A stretch of 64,000 nt of DNA from an uncultured Acidobacteriota bacterium. Lineage in GTDB: Bacteria; Acidobacteriota; Polarisedimenticolia; J045. The stretch is from positions 320,001-384,000 of the forward strand of contig CAVPCQ010000037.1 in the NCBI GenBank assembly GCA_963702425.1. The letters are read 5' to 3'. Shown here one piece after another: positions 1 through 9,274 of this stretch. The translations under genes were made by a program, and so were the position numbers. Numbering within the stretch: the first letter of the stretch is position 1; every line of letters starts with the position of its first letter. The notes under the pieces were generated by a model. The model did no database searches. It saw only the letters and a list, made by a program, of their open reading frames with translations, and had not been told where the DNA came from.

Positions 1-1
1 C

Positions 2-2173
2 GCGGCCCCCAGCCTGTTCGATACGATCGATCCCGGCGTTGCCGTGGCGTCGCCGCGCGTCCGCGTCGGGCTCAGCACCGACCGGCGGGAGGTCGCGCTC
101 GGCTCGACTGCGGGCCGGCTGCGGCTGCTCGACGGCCGGGGCGGGGCCGAGCTCTGGCCCGATCGCGCCGCCGGCCCCGTCCGCGTGGTGCGCGACGTGG
201 CGGTCGAGGACGGCGACGCCACGCTGGAGGAGGTGCGGCGAATCCAGGTCGGGGCGTTCCGCGACGAGCCCCAAGCCAGGGATCTCGGCGCCCGGCTCGA
301 GACCGAACTGCGGCAACCGGCGATCACCTACTGGGACTCCGATCGGAACGTCTGGCGGGTCCGGGTCGGCGAGGCGATCGAGCCCGAGGCGCTGAAGCCG
401 CTCCTGGCGCAGGTCCGCGAGAGCGGCTACCCCGACGCGTGGATCGTGCGCGAGCCGGTGCGGCGGCTCGCGGGGGCGTCGCTGCGGCTGCTCGACGGGC
501 GCTGGAACGTGCAGGCGGTGGCGACCGACCGGATCGTCGCCGTGCCGCCGCCGGGGGCGCTGGTCACCGTCGAGGGGCGCTCCTACCGCGGCCTGATCGA
601 GGTCCGGCTGACCCCCTACGGCGAGGTGCTGGCGATCAACGAGATCGGCGTCGAGGACTACCTGCGCGGGGTCGTGCCGGAGGAGCTGGGCCCGAACCTC
701 TACCCCGAACTCGAGGCGCAGAAGGCCCAGGCGGTCGCCGCGCGGACCTACGCTTTCGGGAACCTCGGGCAGTTCACGGCCGACGGCTACGACATGTGCG
801 ACACGCCCCGCTGCCAGGTCTACCGCGGCGCGGGGAGCGAGCAGCCGCTGTCCGACCGCGCGATCCGCGAGACGCGTGGAGAGATCCTCGTCTGGAACGG
901 CGGGCCGGTGAACGCGCTGTTCACCTCGACCTGCGGCGGGCACACCGAGGACGTCGAGCTGGTCTTCCCGGAGTGGGACTATCCCTACCTGCGCGGCGTG
1001 CCGTGCGGGCTCCCCCCGAAGGAGCGGGCCCGACGCGGCGCCACGCTGGTCGGGAACCCGGTCGCTTCGGTCCCCGGCGCGCCCGACCCCGGGCCGGAGC
1101 CGCTCGATCTCGGCCGGCTTGTGGCCCACGGGATCGTCGGCCGCGAGGCCTACGATCCCGGCTGGCGGACGGTTCCGGTGCAGGCCGGCGAGGCCTGGCG
1201 CTGGTTCGCCGCTCTGGCCGCGCAAGCCGGCAAGCCGGCACCCGCGGCAGTCACGGACCCCGCCGGACGGCTGGCGCTCTGGCGCGCCGCCGCCGCGCTG
1301 CTCGGCGTCGAGGGGAGCGAGGTGGTCGCTCCCGGCGACGAGGCGCTGGTGCTGGCGGTCGAGGACGCCGACCTCGTGGCGCCCGAGGACCTGCCGCTGG
1401 TCGCGGCGCTGTTCGCGCGCGGCCTCGCGCACCCCGACGCCGAGGGGCGGCTCGATCCGAAGGGGATCCCGACCCGGGGCGAGGTGCTGGGCTGGATCGC
1501 GCGCGCCGCCGACCAGTACGCGGCCGTCCCGCTGGAAGAGGCGCAGGTCGCGGCGGCGCCGTCCGGCGGCCCGGTGAAGATCGCGACCCGCTCCGGCAAG
1601 CGCGAGTGGACGCTGGCCATCGCTCCGGACCTGCTGGCGGAGGTCGGCGGGGCCTGGCATCGCGTCGGGCGGGTCGACCTGCTGCCTGGAGACCGCGTCC
1701 TGGTCGCGGCCGATGACGGCCGCGTCACGCTGGTCGCGCTGCAGGAGCGGGCCGGCAGCTCGGACGACCGGACCAGCTCGAAGTACCGCTGGACCAAGGT
1801 GAAGGAGCGCGCGGAGCTCGAAACCTCGCTGGCCCCGGTCGCGCCGGTCGGCGAACTGCGCGATCTCCGGATCCTCGGGCGCGGCCGCTCGGGACGGGTC
1901 ACGGCGATGGAGATCGTCGGCGTCGACGGGCGGGCGATCGTCGAGGGGTTCCGCCTGCGGCGCGCGCTCGACCTGCCGGAGACCCTGTTCTCGATGGACG
2001 TGCAGCGCGACCGCGACGGCACGCTGCGCCGGGTCACGTTCCGCGGCCGCGGGTGGGGGCACGGCGTCGGGCTGTGCCAGGTCGGCGCGTTCGGGATGGC
2101 CCGCCGCGGAACCGGCTACCGCGAGATCCTGACGCACTACTACACGGGGGTCGTCCTGGCGAAGGTGCCCTGA
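2..2173 (+). CDS. SpoIID/LytB-domain peptidoglycan lytic transglycosylase-like protein with SPOR domain and SLH-like insert (5' end probably upstream of window)
   Basis: SPOR-like IQVGAFRD...WRVRVG...YPDAWIV; SpoIID motifs EDYLRGVVPEE, AQKAQAVAARTYA, CDTPRCQVY, FTSTCGGHT, GRGWGHGVGLCQVGA, EILTHYY. The frame is open from base 2. Confidence 0.9.
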   Translation, partial: AAPSLFDTIDPGVAVASPRVRVGLSTDRREVALGSTAGRLRLLDGRGGAELWPDRAAGPVRVVRDVAVEDGDATLEEVRRIQVGAFRDEPQARDLGARLETELRQPAITYWDSDRNVWRVRVGEAIEPEALKPLLAQVRESGYPDAWIVREPVRRLAGASLRLLDGRWNVQAVATDRIVAVPPPGALVTVEGRSYRGLIEVRLTPYGEVLAINEIGVEDYLRGVVPEELGPNLYPELEAQKAQAVAARTYAFGNLGQFTADGYDMCDTPRCQVYRGAGSEQPLSDRAIRETRGEILVWNGGPVNALFTSTCGGHTEDVELVFPEWDYPYLRGVPCGLPPKERARRGATLVGNPVASVPGAPDPGPEPLDLGRLVAHGIVGREAYDPGWRTVPVQAGEAWRWFAALAAQAGKPAPAAVTDPAGRLALWRAAAALLGVEGSEVVAPGDEALVLAVEDADLVAPEDLPLVAALFARGLAHPDAEGRLDPKGIPTRGEVLGWIARAADQYAAVPLEEAQVAAAPSGGPVKIATRSGKREWTLAIAPDLLAEVGGAWHRVGRVDLLPGDRVLVAADDGRVTLVALQERAGSSDDRTSSKYRWTKVKERAELETSLAPVAPVGELRDLRILGRGRSGRVTAMEIVGVDGRAIVEGFRLRRALDLPETLFSMDVQRDRDGTLRRVTFRGRGWGHGVGLCQVGAFGMARRGTGYREILTHYYTGVVLAKVP

Positions 2174-2367
2174 TGGGAGGCGCCGCTCCCGCGACGACGG
2201 CGAAGCCGGGCGTAGCGCCGGAAACGGCGGCCAATCCGTCGGGAGCGCGGCGCGAAGCCTGGCGCGAAGCCCGGCGCGAAGCCCGGCGCGGCCTCGTCGT
2301 CGCGCTCGCTGCGCTGCTCCTGCTGGCGGCCTTCCGGCTGGTGCGCGCGGCGTGGGGCGGGCCGTGA
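2173..2367 (+). CDS. small hypothetical membrane protein (64 aa)
   Basis: ATG overlaps the spoIID stop (TGATG) and its TGA overlaps the miaA GTG. C-terminal hydrophobic stretch GLVVALAALLLLAAF; 12-nt tandem repeat encoding REAW/REAR/REAR. Confidence 0.45.
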   Translation: MGGAAPATTAKPGVAPETAANPSGARREAWREARREARRGLVVALAALLLLAAFRLVRAAWGGP

Positions 2368-3299
2368 GCGCGCCGCCCGTCGTCGCGATCTACGGGCCGA
2401 CCGGAACGGGGAAGACGCGGCTCGCGGCCGCGCTCGCCGACCGCCTCCCGTGCCGCCTGATCTCGTGCGACGCGCTGCAGGTCTACCGCGATTTCCAGGT
2501 GGCGACGGAGAAGCCGCGCGGGGCCGAAGCGCGTCATCCCTGGGCGCTGGTCGATTGGGCCGAGCCGACGCGCGACGTGAACCTCGGCGAGTGGGTCCGC
2601 GCGGCCGAAGCCGAGATCCGCGCGGCCCACGCGGCGGGCGAGCTGCCGGTCGTGGCCGGCGGGACCGGGCTCTACCTGCGCGGCCTGCTCAAGGGGGTCG
2701 CCGCCGCGCCGCGGCGCGATACCGCGCTGCGCCGGCGGCTCGCCGCCCTCGCCGAGCGGCGGGGCGTGCCGTATCTCCACCGCGTGCTGTCGCGCCTCGA
2801 TCCCGTGACCGCCGCGCGCTTGGCGCCGCGCGACCGGCAGCGGATCGAGCGGGCGCTCGAGGTCCGGCTCGTCGCCGGCGCGTCGCTGTCCTCCCTGCAG
2901 GGGAGCGGTTTCGCCGGCCCGGACCGCTTCGCCACGCTGCGCGTCGGCCTCGCGCTGCCGCGCGAGATGCTCTACGCGCGGCTCGACGCGCGCGCCGCCG
3001 GCTACCTCGCGGCGGGGCTCGTGGACGAGGTGCGCTGGCTGCTGGAAACACGGGGCGTGCCTCGCACCGCCAGCGCCTTCCGTGCCCTCGGCTACCGCGA
3101 GGCGCTGGCCTGGCTCGACGACCCGCAGGCGGTCGGCGGCGAGGCGGCCCTGCTGGAGCGGATCCAGCGCAATACGCGCCACTACGCCAAGCGACAGGTC
3201 ACCTGGTTCCGGGGCGAGCGGGGCACGACGTGGTTCGATCCTCGAAAGCCGGACCTCGCGGACCGGCTGGCGGAGCAGGCCCGGCGGGCCGGGGGGTAG
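2364..3299 (+). CDS. miaA: tRNA dimethylallyltransferase
   Basis: GPTGTGKT P-loop, SCDALQVYR, VATEKP, GGTGLYLRGL, RDRQRIERALEV, ALGYRE, TRHYAKRQVTWF; lies upstream of hfq. Confidence 0.95.
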   Translation: MSAPPVVAIYGPTGTGKTRLAAALADRLPCRLISCDALQVYRDFQVATEKPRGAEARHPWALVDWAEPTRDVNLGEWVRAAEAEIRAAHAAGELPVVAGGTGLYLRGLLKGVAAAPRRDTALRRRLAALAERRGVPYLHRVLSRLDPVTAARLAPRDRQRIERALEVRLVAGASLSSLQGSGFAGPDRFATLRVGLALPREMLYARLDARAAGYLAAGLVDEVRWLLETRGVPRTASAFRALGYREALAWLDDPQAVGGEAALLERIQRNTRHYAKRQVTWFRGERGTTWFDPRKPDLADRLAEQARRAGG

Positions 3300-3322
3300 A
3301 CGAACGGCGCTCGGCTGGGGCC

Positions 3323-3328
3323 TATAAT
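3323..3328 (+). promoter_or_regulatory. perfect -10 box TATAAT, 7 nt before the hfq ATG (candidate leaderless promoter)
   Basis: cc-TATAAT-gccgccc-ATG(3336) in a very GC-rich context; no Shine-Dalgarno. Confidence 0.55.
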
Positions 3329-3335
3329 GCCGCCC

Positions 3336-3566
3336 ATGAGCGCCGAGGAGCAGGATCTTCAGACCACCCTACTGTCCCGCTTCCGCCGCGAGAACACGAC
3401 CGTCGCGGTGTGGCTGGTGAGCGGCAAACGGCTCGTCGGCCGAATCAAGGGATACGACCGCTTCACCCTGCTGCTCGAACACGCCGGCGCCGACCACCTC
3501 GTGTTCAAGCACGCGGTCGCGACGATCGGTCCGGCCCGCGACTTCCCGCGGGACGACATGCGCTAG
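3336..3566 (+). CDS. hfq: RNA chaperone Hfq
   Basis: Sm1/Sm2 pattern DLQ..LL...RRE...V.VWLVSGKRLVGRIKGYDRFTLLL...LVFKHAVATI; miaA-hfq synteny. An alternative ATG lies at 3327. Confidence 0.9.
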   Translation: MSAEEQDLQTTLLSRFRRENTTVAVWLVSGKRLVGRIKGYDRFTLLLEHAGADHLVFKHAVATIGPARDFPRDDMR

Positions 3567-5047
3567 CGGCGGAAGAGGCCGACGCCCCGACCGGCGGGCG
3601 CCGGCTCGGACTGGGTGAGTTCGCGGATCCGCGCCTGCAGGCGCTCGATCTTCGCGTCGTACTCCGAGCGCTGGGCGTCGAAGCCGCGAGCCAGCCGCTC
3701 GCGCTCCTCCTCGAACTGCTGTTCCTTCGACTCCCGCTCGGAGTCGGCCTCGAAGCGGGAGCGCAGTTCGGCCTGCAACTGGGTGATCCGCTCGTCGCGC
3801 TCGGTCAGGTCCTGCCGGTGGCGCTCCTGGAGGTCGTCGTAGAGCTTCTCCACCTCGAGCAGCTTGTGGATCCGCGAGTAGTCGGCGTTCGAGGGCATGG
3901 AGCCTTCCTCTCCGGGGGCTTCGGACCCCTGGGCGGCATAGAAGAACTTGCGCAACATCAGGTCGAGGTCGCCGGGATTGCCCGAGATCTCCATCGCCGT
4001 CTGCTTGGAGACGACGTTGTTGATCACGAGCGCCGCCAGCGACTGGTTCATCGACTGCATCTTGTAGTAGGAGACCGAGCGCTCGAGCTCCTCGGCGATC
4101 TCGCCGATGTTCCCCTCGCGGATCAGCTTGCCGATCCGCGGCGAGTCGCGCAGGATCTCGACCGCCGCGACCATCCCCTTGCCGTCGGCGCGCTCGACGA
4201 GCTGCAGGCTGACCACCGCCTTCAGCACCTCGGCCAGCTGCTGGCGCACCTGCCGGTGCTGCTCGGCGGGGAACATGTCGATCACGCGGTCGATCGTCTG
4301 CGGGGCGGAGTTGGTGTGCAGGGTGGTGAAGACGACGTGGCCGGTCTCGGCCGCGGTCACCGTGGTGCTCATCGTCGGCAGGTCGCGGTTCTCGCCGACC
4401 ATGATCACGTCGGGATCCTGGCGCAGCGCGTTGCGCAGCGCGTCGGCGAAGCTGGTCGTGTCGGCGCCGACCTCGCGCTGCGTGACCGCCGCCATCCCGT
4501 CGGTCAGCAGGAACTCGATCGGGTCCTCGATCGTCACGATGTGGACGAGTCGCTTGGAGATCACCTCGTTCATGATCGCGGCCAGCGTCGAAGACTTGCC
4601 CGAGCCGGTGGGGCCGGTGATCAGGATCAGCCCCTGCCGCAGGTCGGCCAGCTCCTTCAGCACGTCCGGGAGGCCCCAGTCGTCGAGCGAGGGGAAGACG
4701 AAGGGGACGCGCCGGAAGACGGCGGCCAGCGTCCCGCGCTGGAAGAAGATCGTGCCCCGGAAGCGCGAGACCCCCGGTACCGAGTAGCCGAACTCGCAGG
4801 CCAGCCGGGTGTCGAGCTGCTCGAGCTGTCGCGCGTTGAGGGCGCCCTTCAGCATCGCGTCGAGTTCGGCCGGCTTGAACGGCGGCCCCTTGAGCGGAAC
4901 CAGCTTCCCCTTCAGCCTCAGCAGCGGCGGCCGCATCGGCTTGAGGTGCAGGTCGGAGGCCTCCTGCTGGACCATGAAGCGCAGCAGGTCGTCGAGCTTG
5001 AACGCCGACTTGGCGGTCTCCGACGCGACGCACTCGACCGTGCTCAC
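3563..5047 (-). CDS. pilT: PilT/PilU-family retraction ATPase with C-terminal coiled-coil extension
   Basis: ASDLHL, GPTGSGKSST, TIEDPIE, LRQDPDVIMVGE, AAETGHVVFTTLHTNSA; about 110 extra Glu/Arg-rich helical residues at the C-terminus. Confidence 0.88.
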   Translation of the reverse strand: MSTVECVASETAKSAFKLDDLLRFMVQQEASDLHLKPMRPPLLRLKGKLVPLKGPPFKPAELDAMLKGALNARQLEQLDTRLACEFGYSVPGVSRFRGTIFFQRGTLAAVFRRVPFVFPSLDDWGLPDVLKELADLRQGLILITGPTGSGKSSTLAAIMNEVISKRLVHIVTIEDPIEFLLTDGMAAVTQREVGADTTSFADALRNALRQDPDVIMVGENRDLPTMSTTVTAAETGHVVFTTLHTNSAPQTIDRVIDMFPAEQHRQVRQQLAEVLKAVVSLQLVERADGKGMVAAVEILRDSPRIGKLIREGNIGEIAEELERSVSYYKMQSMNQSLAALVINNVVSKQTAMEISGNPGDLDLMLRKFFYAAQGSEAPGEEGSMPSNADYSRIHKLLEVEKLYDDLQERHRQDLTERDERITQLQAELRSRFEADSERESKEQQFEEERERLARGFDAQRSEYDAKIERLQARIRELTQSEPAPAGRGVGLFRR

Positions 5048-5218
5048 ATCCGCTCCGATCCCGCCCGGCGGCGGGGCTCAGGACATCCTCGGCGAATCTA
5101 GGTTTCGGCGGGGCGGTGGTCCAACCCGGCAGCCGTCGGCGCGGTCCGCGCCGGGAGGGGTCCGGCGGGACGGGCCCGGGCGGGCCGGGATCGAGGCCGG
5201 GGCGCGTAGAATCGGGGC

Positions 5219-5827
5219 ATGCGGGCCCTGGATCCGATCCTCCGCCAGCTGACCCTGGCCAACCAGCTGACCCTGCTGCGCCTGGCGGCGATCCCTGCCT
5301 TCGCCCTGCTCCTGCTCGAGGGCGAGAGAGGGTGGGCGCTCGTGGTCTACCTCGGGGCGGCGATCACGGACCGGCTGGACGGGATCGCAGCCCGGCGGCT
5401 GGGCCAGTTCACGCCGCTGGGGGCCTTCCTCGACCCGGCCGCCGACAAGATATTGATGCTCGTCACCTACCTGCTGCTGGCCCTGCCGGATCACCCCCGG
5501 ACCTTCCCGCAGTTCGCGCTCGCTCACCACGTCCCGGCCTGGCTGACGTTGCTGGTCGTGCTGCGCGACCTGCTGATCGTGATCGTCGCGCTGGGGCTCT
5601 ACCTCGCGCACCACGAGACCCGGTTCGCCCCGAGCCGCCTCGGAAAGTGGAACACCGGCTGGGAAATGGGGACCGCGGGGGTCTTCCTGCTGGCCAACGT
5701 CTGGGACCACGTGCCGGAGGCGCTGCTCGTCTTCGGCGTCTGGAGCACGGCCACGATGCTGGTCGCCTCGGGGGTCGCCTACCTGATGCGCCTCGGGCAG
5801 TCGATGCGCGCCGCGAGCAGCGGGTGA
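5219..5827 (+). CDS. CDP-alcohol phosphatidyltransferase (PgsA-like)
   Basis: ANQLTLLR and TDRLDGIAARRLGQFTPLGAFLDPAADK signature. TAGAAT lies 6 nt upstream of the ATG. Confidence 0.9.
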   Translation: MRALDPILRQLTLANQLTLLRLAAIPAFALLLLEGERGWALVVYLGAAITDRLDGIAARRLGQFTPLGAFLDPAADKILMLVTYLLLALPDHPRTFPQFALAHHVPAWLTLLVVLRDLLIVIVALGLYLAHHETRFAPSRLGKWNTGWEMGTAGVFLLANVWDHVPEALLVFGVWSTATMLVASGVAYLMRLGQSMRAASSG

Positions 5828-8244
5828 TCGCCGGCGCGGAGGTCCGGGCCCGTCTCGAGCTGTCCCGTGTCCTCGAGATGATCGCCGAGGGGACGCGCAC
5901 CCCGATGGGGCACGACCAGGCGCTGGCGCTGGCCCCCGTCGCGGTCCCGGACGACGCGCTGCGGGCCCAGGAGCGGGCGGCCGGGATGCGCCGGGTGCTC
6001 GCCGAGCGCGGACGCCTCCCCGTGGTCGCAGTCGAGGATCCGGCCGGCGTGCTCGACGAGCTGGCGGTCGCGGGGCGCACGCTGCCCGGCCGCGCGATCT
6101 TCGAGACCGTGCGGCTGCTCGTCGTGGCGCGCGAGGTCGCGAGCTTCCTGCGCGCACTCGATCCCGACGGGTTCCCGGCGCTGGCGGGGGAGTGGGCGCG
6201 CTTTCCCGAGCTGGAGGGGGTCGTCGGCTCGATCGAGGGGAACCTCAGCCCGGCCGGCTTCGTCGAGGATCACGCCTCGCCCGATCTGGCCCGCGTCCGG
6301 CGCGAGGTCCGACAGCTCTCGGAGCGGCTGACCGAGACGCTGCAGAAGATCCTGCGCGCCGAGGCCGGCGGGCCGGTGCTGCAGGACGATTTCATCACCG
6401 TCCGCAACAACCGCTTCGTGCTGCCGGTGCGCACCGACGCCCCGCGCCGCTTCTCCGGGATCGTCCACGCCACCTCCGGCAGCTCGCACACGCTCTTCAT
6501 CGAGCCGATGGAGACGGTCGAGATCAACAACCAGCTGGTCGCGCTCAAGGACGAGGAGCAGCGCGAGGTCGAGCGGATCCTGACGATGTACACCGAGCTG
6601 CTGCGGGCCGCGCGCGAGGAGATCGCGGAGACCGCGCGTGTGCTGGGCGAGCTCGACCGGCTGGAGGCGATCGCGCGCTGGGCCGACGCCGTGCGCGCCG
6701 TGCAGCCCGACCTGCAGCCGGGCGGGGGGCTGCGGCTGCGGCGTGCGCGCCACCCGGTGCTGGAGGCGACGCTGGCCGCGGCCGACCCGCCGCGCGCGAT
6801 GGTGCCGGTCGACGTCGACCTGCCGCGTGAGCTGCGCGCGCTGGTGATCTCGGGGCCCAATGCGGGCGGGAAGACGGTCGCGCTCAAGACGATCGGCCTG
6901 ATCGCGCTGATGGCGCACACCGGGCTGCCGGTCCCGGCCGACGAGGCCGCGATGCCGCTCTTCTCGCGGATCGACGCCGACATCGGCGACGAGCAGTCGA
7001 TCGCCGAGAGCCTCTCGACCTTCGCCAGCCACGTGAAGAACCTGGCGACGGTGCTGGCCGGCGCGGAGCCGCCGGCGCTGGCGCTGATCGACGAGATCGG
7101 GACCGGGACCGACCCCGCGGAAGGGGCCGCGCTGGGGACCGCGACGCTCGACCGGCTCGTCCAGCTCGGGGTCCACGTCGTGGCCACCACCCACCACGCG
7201 GCGGTCAAGGCCTGGGCCTACCGGGCCAAGGGCGCGCTCAACGCCGCCTGTGACTTCGACCAGGCGACGCTGCGGCCGACCTACCGGCTGGTCCCCGGCG
7301 TCGCCGGGGCGTCGATCGGGCTGACGATGGCCGAGCAGCTCGGCCTCGACCCGACGATCGTCGCCGAGGCGCGGCGGCGGCTCGATCCCGCGGGCGTCGA
7401 GACCGCTTCCGTGCTCGACGCGGTCCGCACGCTCGCCTCCGACCTCGAGACGCGGCGCGCGGAGCTGACCGAGACGCGGCGCCGGCTGGAGCGCGAGGCG
7501 GTCGAGCGCGACGCCGCGCGCCGGACCGACGAGGAGAAGCGCCGCGCGGAGTGGACGCGGCGGGTCGAGGAGATGGCGCGGGCCTTCCGCGCGGAGGCGG
7601 AACGGATGCTCAAGCGACTCGACGACGTGCGCGAAAAACGCCTGCTGGACCGCGAGCGCGCCGCGCGCGAGCGCGAGCTGAAGGAGCGCTTCGCCGAGGA
7701 GGTTGCGGCGGCGCGCCGGACCGAGCCGCCGCCCGCGGCGTGGCAGCCGGAGGAGGGGGGGAAGGTCCTCGTCGCCTCGCTCGGTCGCGAAGGGGTGATC
7801 CGCGGGATCACCGGGACGCGGGCCGAGGTCCGGCTGGGGGCGGCGATCTTCACCGTGCCGCTGGACGACCTGCGGCCGGCCGCGGCGCCGCCGGCGGCCG
7901 GCGGGCCGGATGCGCGGCGCGGACCGCGCACCGCCGCCGCGGGGCGCCCCGGAACGAGCGCCATCGGGCGGTCCGCCCAGGCCGCGGAGCGCGCGGCGGT
8001 GCGCGAGCTGATCCTGCTCGGCTACCGCGTCGACGAAGCGCTCGACGCGGTCGACAAGTACCTGGACGAAGCACAGCTCGCCGGGCTGGCCGAGGTCCGG
8101 CTGGTCCACGGCTTCGGCACCGGCGCGCTGAAGAAAGCGATCCGCGAGCACGTCAGCGCGCACCCCGACGTGGTGTCGTGGCGCGACGGGCGGCCGGACG
8201 AGGGGGGCGGCGGCGCGACCGTCGTCGCTCTCCGGACCGAGTGA
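5824..8244 (+). CDS. mutS2: MutS2 endonuclease / ribosome collision factor
   Basis: GIVHATSGSSHTLFIEP, ISGPNAGGKT, DIGDEQSIAESLSTF, DEIGTGTDP, KOW-like region, C-terminal Smr VHGFGTGALK...GGGGAT. The GTG start overlaps the preceding stop. Confidence 0.93.
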   Translation: MIAGAEVRARLELSRVLEMIAEGTRTPMGHDQALALAPVAVPDDALRAQERAAGMRRVLAERGRLPVVAVEDPAGVLDELAVAGRTLPGRAIFETVRLLVVAREVASFLRALDPDGFPALAGEWARFPELEGVVGSIEGNLSPAGFVEDHASPDLARVRREVRQLSERLTETLQKILRAEAGGPVLQDDFITVRNNRFVLPVRTDAPRRFSGIVHATSGSSHTLFIEPMETVEINNQLVALKDEEQREVERILTMYTELLRAAREEIAETARVLGELDRLEAIARWADAVRAVQPDLQPGGGLRLRRARHPVLEATLAAADPPRAMVPVDVDLPRELRALVISGPNAGGKTVALKTIGLIALMAHTGLPVPADEAAMPLFSRIDADIGDEQSIAESLSTFASHVKNLATVLAGAEPPALALIDEIGTGTDPAEGAALGTATLDRLVQLGVHVVATTHHAAVKAWAYRAKGALNAACDFDQATLRPTYRLVPGVAGASIGLTMAEQLGLDPTIVAEARRRLDPAGVETASVLDAVRTLASDLETRRAELTETRRRLEREAVERDAARRTDEEKRRAEWTRRVEEMARAFRAEAERMLKRLDDVREKRLLDRERAARERELKERFAEEVAAARRTEPPPAAWQPEEGGKVLVASLGREGVIRGITGTRAEVRLGAAIFTVPLDDLRPAAAPPAAGGPDARRGPRTAAAGRPGTSAIGRSAQAAERAAVRELILLGYRVDEALDAVDKYLDEAQLAGLAEVRLVHGFGTGALKKAIREHVSAHPDVVSWRDGRPDEGGGGATVVALRTE

Positions 8245-9202
8245 GCGAGGGCCGGCCGGCGCGCCGGTCCGGGCGCCTCGTGCTGGCGGCCGCGGGCGTC
8301 GTCGGCGGCCGTCGCTGCTGGTCGCGACCGTCGCGATCGCGCTGCGCCCCGGGATCGCTTTCGCGCTCGCCCGCCGCGCCGCCTACCTGCGCGCCGGTGC
8401 CGAGTGGGGGACGGTCGAGGTCGACGGCGAGCAGCTCGGCTGGATCGCCGTCGGCGCGGGGCCGCCGATCGTGCTGGTCCACGGGATGCGGGCCGAAGCC
8501 TCGATCATGACGCCGCTCGCCCGCGCCCTCGCCGACCGCGGCTGGCGGGTCGTCGCGCTCGACCTGCCCGGCCATGGCCGCTCCGCCGCGCCGCACGGGC
8601 CGGTCGAGATCGATCGCATCGGCGAGGTCGTGCTCGACGCCGCGGCCGCGCTCGGCCTCCCGCCCCGGCCGGCGCTGCTCGGTCACTCGATGGGGGGCTG
8701 GATCGTCGCCTGGCAGGCGCTCGCGAACCCGGAGCGCTGCGGCCCGGTCGTCCTGGTTTCGGCGCCGGGGGTCTGGACCGACCTTCCGCCGCTCGAGCGG
8801 CTGCACCCCGAGACCGCGGCCGAGGCCCGGCTCTCGCTCGAGTATTTCTTCGCCAGGCCGCCGCCGGCTCCGTGGCCGGTCCTGTGGCTGGCCGCCCACC
8901 GCCCGTTCGGGATCGGGCTCGAACTGCTGCGCTCCGCGCTCTCCGGCCGCTTCGTGGTCGGGGATCTGCTCCCCGGGCTGAGCGTGCCGGCTCTGGTCGT
9001 CGCCGGGGCCGAGGACCGGATCGTGCCGGCGGAGGCCTCGCGGCGGATGGCCGACGCGCTGCCGGTCCGGCGCTATGTCGAGGTCACGGGAGCCGGGCAC
9101 ATGGTGATCTGGGAGGATCCCCGGGCGGTCGCGGAGGCCGCGGACGCGTTTCTCCGAGAGACCGGGTACGGGGCGGTTCAAGCCCCGGGAGAGGTTCGAT
9201 AG
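8241..9202 (+). CDS. alpha/beta hydrolase with N-terminal membrane anchor (frameshift(s) at about 8300-8370)
   Basis: IVLVHG, ALDLPGHG, GHSMGG nucleophile elbow, GAEDRIV, AGHM. The 5' part is out of frame. Confidence 0.8.
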
Positions 9203-9274
9203 AATCCGCGGGTCGGCCGGATCGCCGGGTCCCCGCGGGTCCTTGCGCGGCTCCGGCCCGGCCAAGGAGACAGG

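Noticed and set aside
2249-2290. Short tandem repeats (here and at 51346-51404) as CRISPR candidates
   Set aside because: The units are only 12 nt, with no or very short spacers, three copies each, and no cas genes.
2450-5101. Long shadow ORFs such as 2450-5101, 8153-10768, 55499-58570 and 55870-59148
   Set aside because: These are Arg/Pro/Gly-rich antisense or off-frame products expected at this GC content, overlapping well-supported genes.
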